Positions 9,408-19,919 are shown, counted from the stretch's first letter. The stretch: 64,000 nt of DNA from an uncultured Candidatus Saccharibacteria bacterium (GCA_964475445.1 CAYYWU010000003.1:7269-71268); one strand, 5' to 3'. Numbers and translations: made by a program. Notes: generated from the sequence alone by a model not told the origin.

Positions 9408-12400
9408 ATGACGGAGGTAACTAAGGGTTCAGAAGCGCTCAAGCCGAGCGACTTCGTGCATCTGCACAATCATACGCATTATTCTTTGCTCGACGGACTG
9501 ACAAAAATTCCGGAATTAGTCGATTTTGTGAAATCGGAGGGCATGGAAGCCGTCGCAGTCACCGATCATGGCACCATGAGCGGACTAGTTGAGCTGTATA
9601 AAACTTGTCATGATGCCGGGATCAAGCCGATTTTGGGTCTCGAAGCCTATGTTGCGGCGCGCAAAATGGAAGACCACGATCCGGCGCACGACAAGCAGCG
9701 CTTTCATATCACTCTGCTAGCAATGAACAATCAGGGTTTTGAAAACCTTTGCCATCTCATGTCGGAAGCGGAAATTCGCGGGCGGTATTATAAGCCCCGT
9801 ATTGATCATGCTTGTATGGAAAAATACGCCGAGGGTATTATTTGTTTGTCTGGTTGTGCAGGTTCGGAGATTTCCGAAGCGATTCGCGCCAACGACCTCA
9901 AGCGTGCGCGTGAGCTGATCGACTGGTATCATAATCTTTATGGTGATCGTTTTTATCTTGAAATGCAGGACCATGGCCATCCAGACTCGCCAACTCACTG
10001 GGATGTGCAGAACCAGATTAACCAGCAGCTGATGAAGTATTCCGAAGAAACCGGCATTCCGCTCGTTGTAACTTGCGACGCGCACTATCTTAAGCATGAA
10101 CAACAGGATACGCATGAGATCTTGCTGTGTGTAGGCACGGCATCGAATTTATCCAATCCAAACCGCATGACTCTGAAAGATTTTGAGTTGCACGTGATTC
10201 CGCCCACCGAGATTATCTCCCGTTGGGAAAAGGTTTGTCCAGAAGCCGTGCGCAATACTCGCCGGATTGCTGACCGTTGTGATGTAGACCTGCAGCTCGG
10301 GCGCATTTTGATTCCGAAATTCCCGTTGCCAGAGGGCGAAACTGACGAAAAGGCCTATCTCGATAAACTGGTGTTCCAGGGATTAGTCTATCGTTATGCT
10401 GGGTATAAGTTGGCGGATACGGCGAACTTGAGTGTTGATGAGTGTCGCAAGCTGTTGGAAGACGTTGACAAAACTCCTGAGCGTGAAGCTGAAAAGATGA
10501 AAATTTTGCCGCGGATTGATTATGAGCTCGGTGTAGTCGACAAGATGGGTTATAATGGTTATTTCTTGATTGTACAAGACTTTATTAATTGGGGTAAAAG
10601 CCAGAGGATTGTCTTTGGCCCCGGGCGTGGTTCGGCGGCGGGCAGTATTTTGGCTTATGCGCTTAGGATTACCGAGCTTGATCCCTTGAAATACGACCTA
10701 CTCTTTGAGCGTTTCTTAAACCCGGATCGTATTTCGATGCCGGATATTGACACCGATATCCAAGATACGCGCCGCGACGAAGTGATTGAATATTGTACAC
10801 GTAAATATGGCACTGGGCGAGTTTCCAATATTGCGACTTTTGGTAAAATGATGGCAAAGAACGCCGTGCGCGATGTGGCGCGCGTGCTTGAAGTGCCATA
10901 TGCCGAAGCTGACCGCCTAGCGAAAATCGTGCCTGATCCAGTGCAAGGTCACCATGTACATTTGGTAGACGCCATCCGTGATGTGCCGGACTTGAAGCAT
11001 GAGTATGAAACTAATCCGATTTCTAAGGAGGTGCTAGATTTCGCCAGCCAGCTAGAGGGGACAATCCGCAACCACGGCGTGCATGCCTGCGGTGTGATTA
11101 TTGCTCCAGACGAACTAGATAAGTTCTTGCCGCTGGAAGTTTCGGCAAAAGGCCCAATCGCCGCGCAGTTCCCGATGACCCAGGTTGAAGAGCTGGGGTT
11201 GCTCAAAATGGACTTCTTGGGGCTAAGCAACCTGAGTGTGATTAACAATGCCTTACGTATGATTCGTAAAGTCTATCATGACGATATCGACCTGGTGCAA
11301 ATTCCGCTTGACGACCAGAAGACTTTTGAGCTTTTGCAACGTGCAGAGACAACTGGCGTCTTCCAGTTGGAATCAGCCGGCATGAAGCGCTATTTGAAGG
11401 ATCTGAAAGCCAGCCGGTTTGAGGATATTATCGCTATGGTGGCCTTGTATCGCCCGGGCCCAATGCAGTTTATCGATAGCTTTATTCGTCGTAAGCACGG
11501 CGAGGAGCCAATTACTTATTTGCATCCAGGGCTCGAAAATGCCCTCAAAGATACCTATGGCATTATGATTTACCAAGAGCAGTTCATGAACATCTCGCGC
11601 GAATGGTGCGGATTTACGGGTGGCCAAGCTGATACTTTGCGCAAAGCGGTAGGGAAGAAGAAAGTTGACCTGATGAACAAGGTCAAACCGCAGTTCATCG
11701 AAGGCGCTGTCAAAGTTGGTGGTGCAACCGAAGAAATCGCAGAGACTTTTTGGAACCAGCTGCTTGAGTTTGCGAACTACTGCTTTAATAAGAGTCACGC
11801 GGCGTGTTATGGGTTAGTGGCATATTGGACGGCTTATCTCAAGGCGCACTACCCCGATGCTTTCATGGCAGCCTTAATGACTGCCGATATGCGCTGGACG
11901 GATCGTTTGGCGATCGAAATTACCGAATGTAAGCGCATGGGCATCCAAGTGCTAGGGCCTGACATCAATGAATCTTACGGTGACTTCGGTATTGTGGGCG
12001 GAGAAGGTAAGATTCGTTTCGGCCTGTCTGGTATCAAGTCGATGGGCAAGGCATTGGTTGAGGAGTTTGTAATTCCCGAACGCGACAAGAATGGCCCGTT
12101 CAAGAGTGTTTGCGATTTTGCTGCCCGGGTCAACGCGACGAAGTTTAATAAAAAATCTTGGGAAGCAGCCATTAAGACCGGAGCCTTTGACCGCTTTGGC
12201 GATCGTAGTGATTTACTGTTCAATCTTGAGAATATCCAAGGTTACGGAGCGAAGCGCCAAAAGGATGCCGCCAGTGGCCAGACCGACTTATTTGGTGCCA
12301 TGGGTGATGCTGGCGTCATACCGGAGCCTGAGATTAAACCTGCTCCGACCAAGTTCCCTGAGAAGGACCGCTTACTGTGGGAAAGAGATTTGATGGGCTT

Positions 12401-13169
12401 GTATATTTCCAGCCACCCACTTGATCGCTATGAGACCTATTTTGAGGAGCAGACTCACCCCTATGATTTGGTAACGGCCGAGAATGACGGTAAGCAACTT
12501 AGCATTGGCGGAATTATTAGTGCCGTACGCACAATTTTGACCAAGAGCGGCACGCGCATGGCCTTCGTGAAGCTTGAGAACAAGATTGCCGAGCAAGAAG
12601 TAATCATTTTCCCGAATTTGTATGAACAAGTCGGGGCTAAACTTGAGCAAGATAATGTGATTAAAGTTACTGGCCGGGTGAACGCGAAGGATAAGGACGG
12701 TAATATTTCTAGCGAAGTGAAAATTATTGCTGATACTGTTGAGCTGATTCCGGATGAGGTGTTGGAGAATTATCAAGCCACTGGCCAGAAGTTGCCGGTG
12801 CCAAAAGCTGCCGCCCCAAAGCCAACTCGCCGTAGCCGGGCAGCTAGCGTAAGTGGCGGCTATGGTGGCGCGCGTAGCAGCACTCCAGCGCCAACCGTTG
12901 ATGATGCTCCGCGAGCTCCGATTACTCCGCCCAAAGATCACCGTGGCGAGAAGTTGTATGTTTTGATTGAGGACCCGAATAATGCTGATGCGCTCAGCGA
13001 AATCAGACGGCTGTGCGAGCTTAATCCCGGTGTGCAGGAAATCATCATGGTGTTGAAAGACGAACACGGCAAGCGCCCGCTGCGGTTACCATTCCGCGTG
13101 GATGTGACCGATGAACTGACAGCGCCGCTAGCGAAGCTGTTGGGCGAGAGCTGCGTGAAAGTGCAGTAA
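9408..13169 (+). CDS. dnaE: DNA polymerase III alpha subunit
   Basis: PHP domain (HLHNHTHYSLLDG), GRGSAAGS, PDIDTD, KMDFLGL and FNKSH motifs. Confidence 0.98.
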   Translation: MTEVTKGSEALKPSDFVHLHNHTHYSLLDGLTKIPELVDFVKSEGMEAVAVTDHGTMSGLVELYKTCHDAGIKPILGLEAYVAARKMEDHDPAHDKQRFHITLLAMNNQGFENLCHLMSEAEIRGRYYKPRIDHACMEKYAEGIICLSGCAGSEISEAIRANDLKRARELIDWYHNLYGDRFYLEMQDHGHPDSPTHWDVQNQINQQLMKYSEETGIPLVVTCDAHYLKHEQQDTHEILLCVGTASNLSNPNRMTLKDFELHVIPPTEIISRWEKVCPEAVRNTRRIADRCDVDLQLGRILIPKFPLPEGETDEKAYLDKLVFQGLVYRYAGYKLADTANLSVDECRKLLEDVDKTPEREAEKMKILPRIDYELGVVDKMGYNGYFLIVQDFINWGKSQRIVFGPGRGSAAGSILAYALRITELDPLKYDLLFERFLNPDRISMPDIDTDIQDTRRDEVIEYCTRKYGTGRVSNIATFGKMMAKNAVRDVARVLEVPYAEADRLAKIVPDPVQGHHVHLVDAIRDVPDLKHEYETNPISKEVLDFASQLEGTIRNHGVHACGVIIAPDELDKFLPLEVSAKGPIAAQFPMTQVEELGLLKMDFLGLSNLSVINNALRMIRKVYHDDIDLVQIPLDDQKTFELLQRAETTGVFQLESAGMKRYLKDLKASRFEDIIAMVALYRPGPMQFIDSFIRRKHGEEPITYLHPGLENALKDTYGIMIYQEQFMNISREWCGFTGGQADTLRKAVGKKKVDLMNKVKPQFIEGAVKVGGATEEIAETFWNQLLEFANYCFNKSHAACYGLVAYWTAYLKAHYPDAFMAALMTADMRWTDRLAIEITECKRMGIQVLGPDINESYGDFGIVGGEGKIRFGLSGIKSMGKALVEEFVIPERDKNGPFKSVCDFAARVNATKFNKKSWEAAIKTGAFDRFGDRSDLLFNLENIQGYGAKRQKDAASGQTDLFGAMGDAGVIPEPEIKPAPTKFPEKDRLLWERDLMGLYISSHPLDRYETYFEEQTHPYDLVTAENDGKQLSIGGIISAVRTILTKSGTRMAFVKLENKIAEQEVIIFPNLYEQVGAKLEQDNVIKVTGRVNAKDKDGNISSEVKIIADTVELIPDEVLENYQATGQKLPVPKAAAPKPTRRSRAASVSGGYGGARSSTPAPTVDDAPRAPITPPKDHRGEKLYVLIEDPNNADALSEIRRLCELNPGVQEIIMVLKDEHGKRPLRLPFRVDVTDELTAPLAKLLGESCVKVQ

Positions 13170-13241
13170 GGTAGGACGGAGGTAATTCTTTGCATTTTCT
13201 TCGAAAATAGTGCATGGCTGTGGTATTTTATGCTAAAATGC

Positions 13242-13270
13242 TTGACTTTTTCACCAAAGTGTGCTACAAT
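13242..13270 (+). promoter_or_regulatory. Sigma70 promoter
   Basis: TTGACT-17 bp-TACAAT with TG extension. Confidence 0.65.
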
Positions 13271-13317
13271 AGAAATATAAGGTGCTAATAGTGCCCAGAC
13301 TACTAATGTGTCGTCCT

Positions 13318-13354
13318 GAGGAGCTATATAGCTCCTCTTAATGTACATTAAGAG
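13318..13354. repeat. Two overlapping perfect 20-bp palindromes
   Basis: GAGGAGCTATATAGCTCCTC (13318-13337) and CTCTTAATGTACATTAAGAG (13335-13354). Confidence 0.9.
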
Positions 13355-13395
13355 TTTGTGGTGCTAAAAACAACATAAAAAGGGGAGGTTTTTTG

Positions 13396-14064
13396 ATGTT
13401 GATTTTGTTCATTGTTGGGATTATCATTTTCGTCATTGTTGCGCATATAGTGCGCGTTGCTTGGAAACTCATGCACGACCCGCTCTATCGCTCTTTTGGC
13501 ATTATATTGCAAGGGAATTATAAATATTCCAACCACGGCGACACGATTGAGGATTTTATCCAGAATGTCCGTGGCGAGCAGTATGAATATTTTGCCTTGT
13601 TTCGAAGAAAGAGAAAGCTTTTTGAAGTGACGAGCTTTGAGCGTGGGAAGGTGGGCGTCACGTCGATGCTTATACCGGAAAGGTACACGCAACTAGTTTG
13701 CGTTCATAATCATCCCCCGGCAGATGCAACGTTCACTCTCGACGATATTAAGACTTTTTGCGTCTTGCCAGGTTTGCAAAAGGCAATCGTCGTCGGGAAG
13801 TCCGCTGTACACACCTTGTCGGCGCCACTTGGCTGGCCGGACGTGAATGAAGTGATAGCATATTCCGCCGATGAGTATGGGATTGATATTAGTGGCTATT
13901 TCTCGACCAATATTCCTTCAATGGTGTTACAACGTCTTATAGACAAAGGTTATATCAAACACGACGAAGATGCAGACACCAGTGGAGTCTATGTGCTTTT
14001 GCCAAAATTGATCGAGGAGCTTGCCGACCACTTTAAGCTCACCTATACTATAACTGAACTATGA
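13396..14064 (+). CDS. Membrane-anchored protein with a JAB/RadC-like HNHP motif
   Basis: N-terminal TM helix; VHNHPPADATFTLDD; GGGGAGG SD. Confidence 0.55.
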   Translation: MLILFIVGIIIFVIVAHIVRVAWKLMHDPLYRSFGIILQGNYKYSNHGDTIEDFIQNVRGEQYEYFALFRRKRKLFEVTSFERGKVGVTSMLIPERYTQLVCVHNHPPADATFTLDDIKTFCVLPGLQKAIVVGKSAVHTLSAPLGWPDVNEVIAYSADEYGIDISGYFSTNIPSMVLQRLIDKGYIKHDEDADTSGVYVLLPKLIEELADHFKLTYTITEL

Positions 14065-14080
14065 ATGTTTATTGCACCGC

Positions 14081-14117
14081 AAAAGTGCCCGCAGTTTAAT
14101 TCTGCGAGCACTTTTTT
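14081..14117. terminator. Bidirectional intrinsic terminator
   Basis: AAAAGTGC-CCGCAG...CTGCG-AGCACTTTTTT between convergent genes. Confidence 0.75.
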
Positions 14118-14133
14118 ATTGGACGGCAAACTT

Positions 14134-15414
14134 CTATAGCCCCGTTTTAAACCTCAGCTCCGGCTCGTCTTCGGCGATACGCATCAGCTCGTTATACTTG
14201 CAAATTCGCTCCGAGCGCGACATCGAGCCAGTCTTTATTTGACCCGTACCGAGACCAACCGCAAGATGCGCAATACTCGTATCCTCAGTCTCGCCGGAAC
14301 GATGCGACATCACTGTGCGATACCCAGCTTTCTTCGCCATCATCACAGCCGCAATTGTTTCGCTTACGGTGCCGATTTGGTTCGGCTTGATCAAAATTGC
14401 ATTGGCGGCTTTTTCGGTAATGCCATGCTCAAGCAACTTTGTGTTGGTCACAAACAAGTCATCGCCCACCAGCTGCAAGCGCTCGCCCAGTCGCTCGGTC
14501 ATCACTTTCCAGCCTTCCCAATCCGACTCATCCAGACCATCTTCGATCGAAATCACTGGGTAATTATCAATAATCCACTCGTACCAGTTAATCATGTCAT
14601 CGGAAGTCTTCCACGAACCGTCAGTTTTCAACTCGTAATGGTCATTATTCCAAAACTCCGAAGCTGCCACGTCAAGCGCTAGCGCAACATCTTGGCCAGG
14701 CTTATAGCCAGCGGTCTCGATTGCCATTGTAATCAAGTCCAGGGGCTCATTATTGCCATCGTGGACTTTCGGACCATAGCCACCCTCATCGCCAACCGTC
14801 ACCGGATAACCGTGATCTTTCAGAACTCGGCGCAAAGCATGAAAAACTTCTGCACCCATGCGTACCGCTTCAGCCATCGTGCCAGCACTGCGCGGAATAA
14901 TCATATATTCCTGAAAATCCGTCGCCCAATCCGCATGCGCGCCACCGTTCATTACGTTCATCATTGGACGTGGCAAACACATTTCGTGTGTCGTCCCCGC
15001 CAGCGTGGCAATATAGCGATAAAACGGCATCCGCCGCGCCCGGGCTGCTGCCTTGGCAGTTGCGAGCGAAACCGCCAAAATCGCATTAGCGCCCAACTTC
15101 GACTTATTGTCAGTACCGTCAAGCTCCAGCATTAACTTGTCGACTTGAACCTGTTCGGCGGAATTGCCAACTAGCAGGTCACGAATTTCGTGATTAACAT
15201 GCCAAACCGCCTTTGAAACTCCTTTACCACCAAAAAACTGCTGGTCATTATCGCGCAACTCCAGCGCTTCGCCGGTACCAGTTGAAGCTCCCGAGGGAAC
15301 GATGGCGCGCCCCGCTGCACCTGAGTTAAGATAAACATCCGCCTCTACGGTCGGGTTGCCACGGCTGTCAAGCACCTGCCGGGCTTTAATTTCCTTAATT
15401 GTAAAATTATCCAT
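14134..15414 (-). CDS. eno: Enolase
   Basis: LDSRGNPTVE, GDEGG and SHRSGETED motifs; real start MDNFTIKE at 15414. Confidence 0.98.
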   Translation of the reverse strand: MDNFTIKEIKARQVLDSRGNPTVEADVYLNSGAAGRAIVPSGASTGTGEALELRDNDQQFFGGKGVSKAVWHVNHEIRDLLVGNSAEQVQVDKLMLELDGTDNKSKLGANAILAVSLATAKAAARARRMPFYRYIATLAGTTHEMCLPRPMMNVMNGGAHADWATDFQEYMIIPRSAGTMAEAVRMGAEVFHALRRVLKDHGYPVTVGDEGGYGPKVHDGNNEPLDLITMAIETAGYKPGQDVALALDVAASEFWNNDHYELKTDGSWKTSDDMINWYEWIIDNYPVISIEDGLDESDWEGWKVMTERLGERLQLVGDDLFVTNTKLLEHGITEKAANAILIKPNQIGTVSETIAAVMMAKKAGYRTVMSHRSGETEDTSIAHLAVGLGTGQIKTGSMSRSERICKYNELMRIAEDEPELRFKTGL

Positions 15415-15492
15415 AACCAAATTATAGCAAATAAATCTTTCCCCGTCTAAAATTTGTGTTACAATGGTGTTAAAGCTTAAGCAAGGAGGGCC

Positions 15493-16749
15493 ATGAACCA
15501 GGAAGAAATGGTGGCTGGAGACGTTCAGAATCATTCGGCACAAGGTAAGCGTAGCCAGCGCGAGCCAAAAACGCAGACTGCTGACGGTGGGCATATTAAT
15601 AAAGACGTCAAGTTACAGTCGGAGAAAAGATCTCACAAAACCCCGATTATTTTGGGAATTATCTTGGTGATTTTGGTTTTGATTGGTGCCGGGTTTTTTG
15701 CTTGGTATTTCTGCTTCTATAGCCAGCCCGAAAAGGTGATTTCCGATGCGGTTGATGATTTGCTGAGCGCTGATAACATTGTTTTCGACGGTGCAGCAAT
15801 CTTTACGCCGGCTACGAATGAAGATTCTGCCCTGGAGCAGATTGAGGTTGATTTTGATTCGGCCGCCAATCAGGCTCCAGCTAGTTCGACCACGGTGACC
15901 ATGAAGTTCGTATTTGAGAATAGTGAGATCAGTTTAGAAATTGGTTCCGTACAGGTGAAAGATGGTGTGGCTTATCTACGCGTGAGCGGGATTCTTGACG
16001 CTTTAGAGCGCGCTGGCCTCACTGAGGCGCTACAAGAAGAAGCACGAGTTTTCTTTGATACGCTCGAGATTATTGATGGCGAGTGGTGGGAGATCTCGGT
16101 CACGGACCTGATTGATGAATTTGAACTCGAAGACGAAACCACGAACCAGCTCAAGGCAACTTACGAATGTGCTTACAAAGCCATTAATGACAGCTACCGG
16201 GCGGAGTTTGCTGAGCTTTACCGTGAGCATAGTTTTATGCAACTTTCTCGCGTGCAGAAGTTAGAGTTCCCGCAGGAAAGCAATTATCAAGACGTCGTCG
16301 CCAATGCTGGCTCAACTTATTACCAAGTTGCGTTTGACTATGAGGAACTGGCTAATTTCATCAACGCTTTGCCAGAGTCGGACATTGCCGAAAAACTCTA
16401 CGCTTGCGTGAATGACAACCTTCTAGATAGTGATGCCAGTGCGCAGGATTTCGATGAAGTTAGCGCTGACGAGCTCAAGGAGGCTTTCCCGGAAGATACG
16501 CGGATCTATTTCGAAATTTCCAACTGGTGCCACCAACTCAAGACAATCGTCATGCAGTTAGCTGATGAGGATTTGGCCGTCAATCTTGGGCTAAAAATCC
16601 ATCAGGATCAACAAGCCGTGATTACGGTGCCTGATAGCTATCGGCCGATCACGGAATTAGTTGATGAAATTATGGAAATGACTGTCAATTTGCTTTATAT
16701 CCAGCAAGCCGGCACGATTAATATGACTGAGGAACCGTGGAATAATTAA
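15493..16749 (+). CDS. Membrane-anchored acidic extracytoplasmic protein, function unknown
   Basis: Single TM helix near residue 55; GGAGG SD. Confidence 0.7.
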   Translation: MNQEEMVAGDVQNHSAQGKRSQREPKTQTADGGHINKDVKLQSEKRSHKTPIILGIILVILVLIGAGFFAWYFCFYSQPEKVISDAVDDLLSADNIVFDGAAIFTPATNEDSALEQIEVDFDSAANQAPASSTTVTMKFVFENSEISLEIGSVQVKDGVAYLRVSGILDALERAGLTEALQEEARVFFDTLEIIDGEWWEISVTDLIDEFELEDETTNQLKATYECAYKAINDSYRAEFAELYREHSFMQLSRVQKLEFPQESNYQDVVANAGSTYYQVAFDYEELANFINALPESDIAEKLYACVNDNLLDSDASAQDFDEVSADELKEAFPEDTRIYFEISNWCHQLKTIVMQLADEDLAVNLGLKIHQDQQAVITVPDSYRPITELVDEIMEMTVNLLYIQQAGTINMTEEPWNN

Positions 16750-16759
16750 GAAAGAGAAT

Positions 16760-18163
16760 ATGGGATTAGGAAAAATGAACATCTTGAAAAACGCCAAAGC
16801 TGTCGCCTCCGATAAGCTCGCCCGAGTTGGAAAGTCGGGAAAGCATTCCGAAGAAAAAACTCGCGATAGTAAGTATGACGAACTCGGCAAAATTTATGAA
16901 AGCCAGGAAAATGAGCAGCTGAGTGCGAGTAAAAGTGACGACACGATTTTGGCACTAGATATCGGTACCGAATATGTCAAGGCGGTAATCGCGCGCCAGG
17001 GCAAGGATAATACTCTAGACATTATCGGTATTGGTCGCGCCCATCAGGATGCTAGCAACATGTACGCCGGCGCAATTGCGGATATTCCGGCGGTGGTTGA
17101 TGTTTGCGAACGTGCACTTAGTCAGGCCGAGAAAATGTCCGGCACGACCAGCAAGCTGACGGTGGTCGGCATTGCTGGCGAGTTAATTAAAGGTAATACT
17201 AGCACAGTACGGTATCGCCGTAAGAACGGCAATAAACCATTGTCGGAACAGGAAATGGCGCTGATTATTAAGCGCGTTCAGGATCGCGCCGGCGAACAAG
17301 CACGCAAAGAAATCGCCGACGAAACTAATAATCCGAATGTTGAAGTGCGCTTGATTAATTCGGCAATTGTCAGTATTAGCATTGATGGTTATAAAATTAG
17401 CAACCCGATTGGCTTCAAGGGCACTGATATTGTGATTCAGTTCTATACCGCTTTCGCACCACTGGTGCATATTTCCGCCATTGAAAAGGTTTGCGCTGAG
17501 CTCAGTCTTGACTTGCTCGCGGTCGCAGTAGAACCATTTGCGGTTTGTCGGGCATGTCTGGGCGACGAGCTGGATAGCAATTTTTCTGGCATCGTCATGG
17601 ATATTGGCGGCGGCACGACGGATATTGCGGTGGTCGACGACGGTGGCGTGGAAGGCACGAAGATGTTCGGCATCGGCGGTCGCAGTTTCACCCACCAAAT
17701 TGCTGAAACCCTGGGCGTAGATTTCGATACTGCGGAAAAGTACAAGTTGAGCATTCGCAATCCGGCTAAAGTCCCAGCCGACATCAAGGAACAAATGCTG
17801 GTCGCAATTCGTCGTAACTTGGCAGTGTGGTTATCTGGCGTGGAGATTACGCTGGATGAGTTTAATCTGACCGATATGCTACCGAACAAAATTTTGCTCT
17901 GTGGCGGTGGAGCTGGGTTAAGCGAGTTGCAAGAAGTGCTTGCGACGACAGATTGGTTCAAGGAATTGCCATTTGCACGTCGGCCGATTGTGCACTTGGT
18001 GGAAAGTGCTGATATCCCGGGGATTCACAACCAGACGCAGACAACGCTAGACTATTCGTTTATTACGGCGCTGGGGTTGCTTCGAGTGGCGCTGGATACT
18101 TTGGCTGGTGTGCCCGATGAAGGTGGTATCCGTGCTAAGCTGGCGAAGTTGTTGCAGAATTAA
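16760..18163 (+). CDS. FtsA-like actin-fold ATPase (CPR-type)
   Basis: ALDIGTEYVK, MDIGGGTTD and LCGGGA motifs. Confidence 0.85.
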   Translation: MGLGKMNILKNAKAVASDKLARVGKSGKHSEEKTRDSKYDELGKIYESQENEQLSASKSDDTILALDIGTEYVKAVIARQGKDNTLDIIGIGRAHQDASNMYAGAIADIPAVVDVCERALSQAEKMSGTTSKLTVVGIAGELIKGNTSTVRYRRKNGNKPLSEQEMALIIKRVQDRAGEQARKEIADETNNPNVEVRLINSAIVSISIDGYKISNPIGFKGTDIVIQFYTAFAPLVHISAIEKVCAELSLDLLAVAVEPFAVCRACLGDELDSNFSGIVMDIGGGTTDIAVVDDGGVEGTKMFGIGGRSFTHQIAETLGVDFDTAEKYKLSIRNPAKVPADIKEQMLVAIRRNLAVWLSGVEITLDEFNLTDMLPNKILLCGGGAGLSELQEVLATTDWFKELPFARRPIVHLVESADIPGIHNQTQTTLDYSFITALGLLRVALDTLAGVPDEGGIRAKLAKLLQN

Positions 18164-18168
18164 ACAAT

Positions 18169-19245
18169 GTGGGTTTAGAAGTGTCAGATCAGGCTGTTTC
18201 TTCAGTAAAACGTCAACGAGTTGTGTATTATGATTATTTGCGCGTGTTAGCAACTTTTGCGGTAGTACTGATTCATGAAGCCACAGGTTATTTTCAGATT
18301 TTGCCGGTCGGATCGTATAGCTGGCAGATTGGAAACTTATATAACAGTCTTATGCGTTGGGCGGTGCCAGTTTTCGTGATGATCAGTGGTGCAATTTTTC
18401 TGGGCCGTAAGATTGATACGAAGAAGCTTTACGCAAAAAATATTTTGCGGCTCGTCATTGCTTATTTTGTCTGGAGCATGTTTTATGCTTGGTTGCATCA
18501 ACCGGCTAGTTTTAGTCAATTTGTGCAGATGATGTTTACTGGAGAATACCATATGTGGTTCGTGCCTATGATTATTGGGTTGTATATTTGCGCGCCCATC
18601 ATTAACCAAATTATTCAAAACCGGACTGTCATGAGATATTATTTAGCAGTGGCTTTTGTAGTGGCGTTTCTGTTACCGCAACTGACTTTGTGGTTGAATG
18701 ATCTAGGCGGTCCGCGCATCCAAGTCATCGCTTCAGGCATTAATTATCTGCTAGCTGCTTCGGGGCTTAATTTGGTGCTAGGCTATACCAGCTATTTTAT
18801 TTTGGGCTATTTTCTGAGTCAGCAAGACTTGCCTGCGCGAACGCGACATATAATCTATGCGCTTGGCATCATTGGAGTAGTCGTGACCGCAGGCACAACT
18901 TTACTAGTTTCGTCCGTGCACGGTGCTCACACCGATGCTTATTACGAATCATTCCGTTTGAGTGTACTTTGCGAGAGCATCGCAATATTTGTCTGGCTAA
19001 AGCACTGGCGGTTCCCGCATGTGCGTCTGAATCAGGTGGTTGCTAAGATAGCGCAATATAGTTTCGGGGTCTATTTGGTACATGTTGTTATCATGACGGT
19101 CGTGGAGAACGTTATCGGCCTCGACGGGTTCACTTTTGACCCCTTGTGGTGTATCCCGCTAGCTAGCGGGATAGTCTTTGGACTATCATTAGTTGTTTCG
19201 TGGGTTATTCACCATTTGCCCGTGTTGAAGAAATATCTAGTCTGA
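18169..19245 (+). CDS. Acyltransferase-3 family membrane O-acyltransferase
   Basis: DYLRVLATFAVVLIH, AVPVFVMISG, HMWF and SFGVYLVH motifs. Confidence 0.9.
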   Translation: MGLEVSDQAVSSVKRQRVVYYDYLRVLATFAVVLIHEATGYFQILPVGSYSWQIGNLYNSLMRWAVPVFVMISGAIFLGRKIDTKKLYAKNILRLVIAYFVWSMFYAWLHQPASFSQFVQMMFTGEYHMWFVPMIIGLYICAPIINQIIQNRTVMRYYLAVAFVVAFLLPQLTLWLNDLGGPRIQVIASGINYLLAASGLNLVLGYTSYFILGYFLSQQDLPARTRHIIYALGIIGVVVTAGTTLLVSSVHGAHTDAYYESFRLSVLCESIAIFVWLKHWRFPHVRLNQVVAKIAQYSFGVYLVHVVIMTVVENVIGLDGFTFDPLWCIPLASGIVFGLSLVVSWVIHHLPVLKKYLV

Positions 19246-19917
19246 AACTTCCGCCATTTCACCTGGCTTGAGGCCGCCGAGCTCGTACTTGCCAAAAACT
19301 CTGCGTTTCAGGCCCACTACCGTATAGCCCAGCGCGCCGAACGTTCGTCGAATTTGGCGGTTGCGTCCTTCACCCATCGTCACTTGCCAGTACTTGCGGC
19401 TATCATCCAGCCGAGTCAATCCTAGCCGTGACATGCCGTCGTTCAGCTGAATCCCAAAATCGCTAATCATCTGCTGATGCAGCGGTTCCAACGCCCGGTC
19501 TAGTCTCACCTCATAAACCTTCGTTTTTTGAAACCGTGGATGTGTCATCCGAAAAGCAAAATCGCCATCATTGGTCAGCAAAATCAAGCCTTCAGAATCC
19601 TTATCGAGTCGCCCCACGGTTTTCAGCGTCTGATATTTTTCCGGCAATAGCTCAAAAATTGTCGGAACATCGCCCTGACGTTTGCGTGAGCAGACATAAC
19701 CGACCGGCTTGTTCAAGGCGAGGTAAGTATAATTCGCCAAAATTGGCACTATCTTCCCATTATAGCACACCTTATCATTTTTGTCAACCTTACGACCTAG
19801 CTTGGCCACCTCTTGGTTGACGGTAACGTACCCGGCCGCAATCGAATCGTCAGCTTCACGTCGCGAAATCCCCAACCTCTCCGCTAATAGCTTGTTTAAT
19901 CTTGTCGCTTCTGTCAC
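19237..19917 (-). CDS. S4-domain rRNA pseudouridine synthase (RsuA/RluB family)
   Basis: N-terminal S4 domain; LNKPVG, GRLDKDSEGL and GRNRQIRR motifs. Confidence 0.92.
   Translation of the reverse strand: MTEATRLNKLLAERLGISRREADDSIAAGYVTVNQEVAKLGRKVDKNDKVCYNGKIVPILANYTYLALNKPVGYVCSRKRQGDVPTIFELLPEKYQTLKTVGRLDKDSEGLILLTNDGDFAFRMTHPRFQKTKVYEVRLDRALEPLHQQMISDFGIQLNDGMSRLGLTRLDDSRKYWQVTMGEGRNRQIRRTFGALGYTVVGLKRRVFGKYELGGLKPGEMAEVSD
19757..19787 (-). promoter_or_regulatory. Consensus sigma70 promoter-like sequence inside the pseudouridine synthase CDS
   Basis: TTGACA-AAAATGATAAGGTGTGC-TATAAT-GG; 30/31 identical to 27-57. Confidence 0.5.
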
Positions 19918-19919
19918 GA

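Noticed and set aside
15415-15594. 60-aa N-terminal extension of enolase in the ORF track
   Set aside because: It overlaps the divergent gene and promoter region; enolase homology starts at MDNFTIKE (15414).
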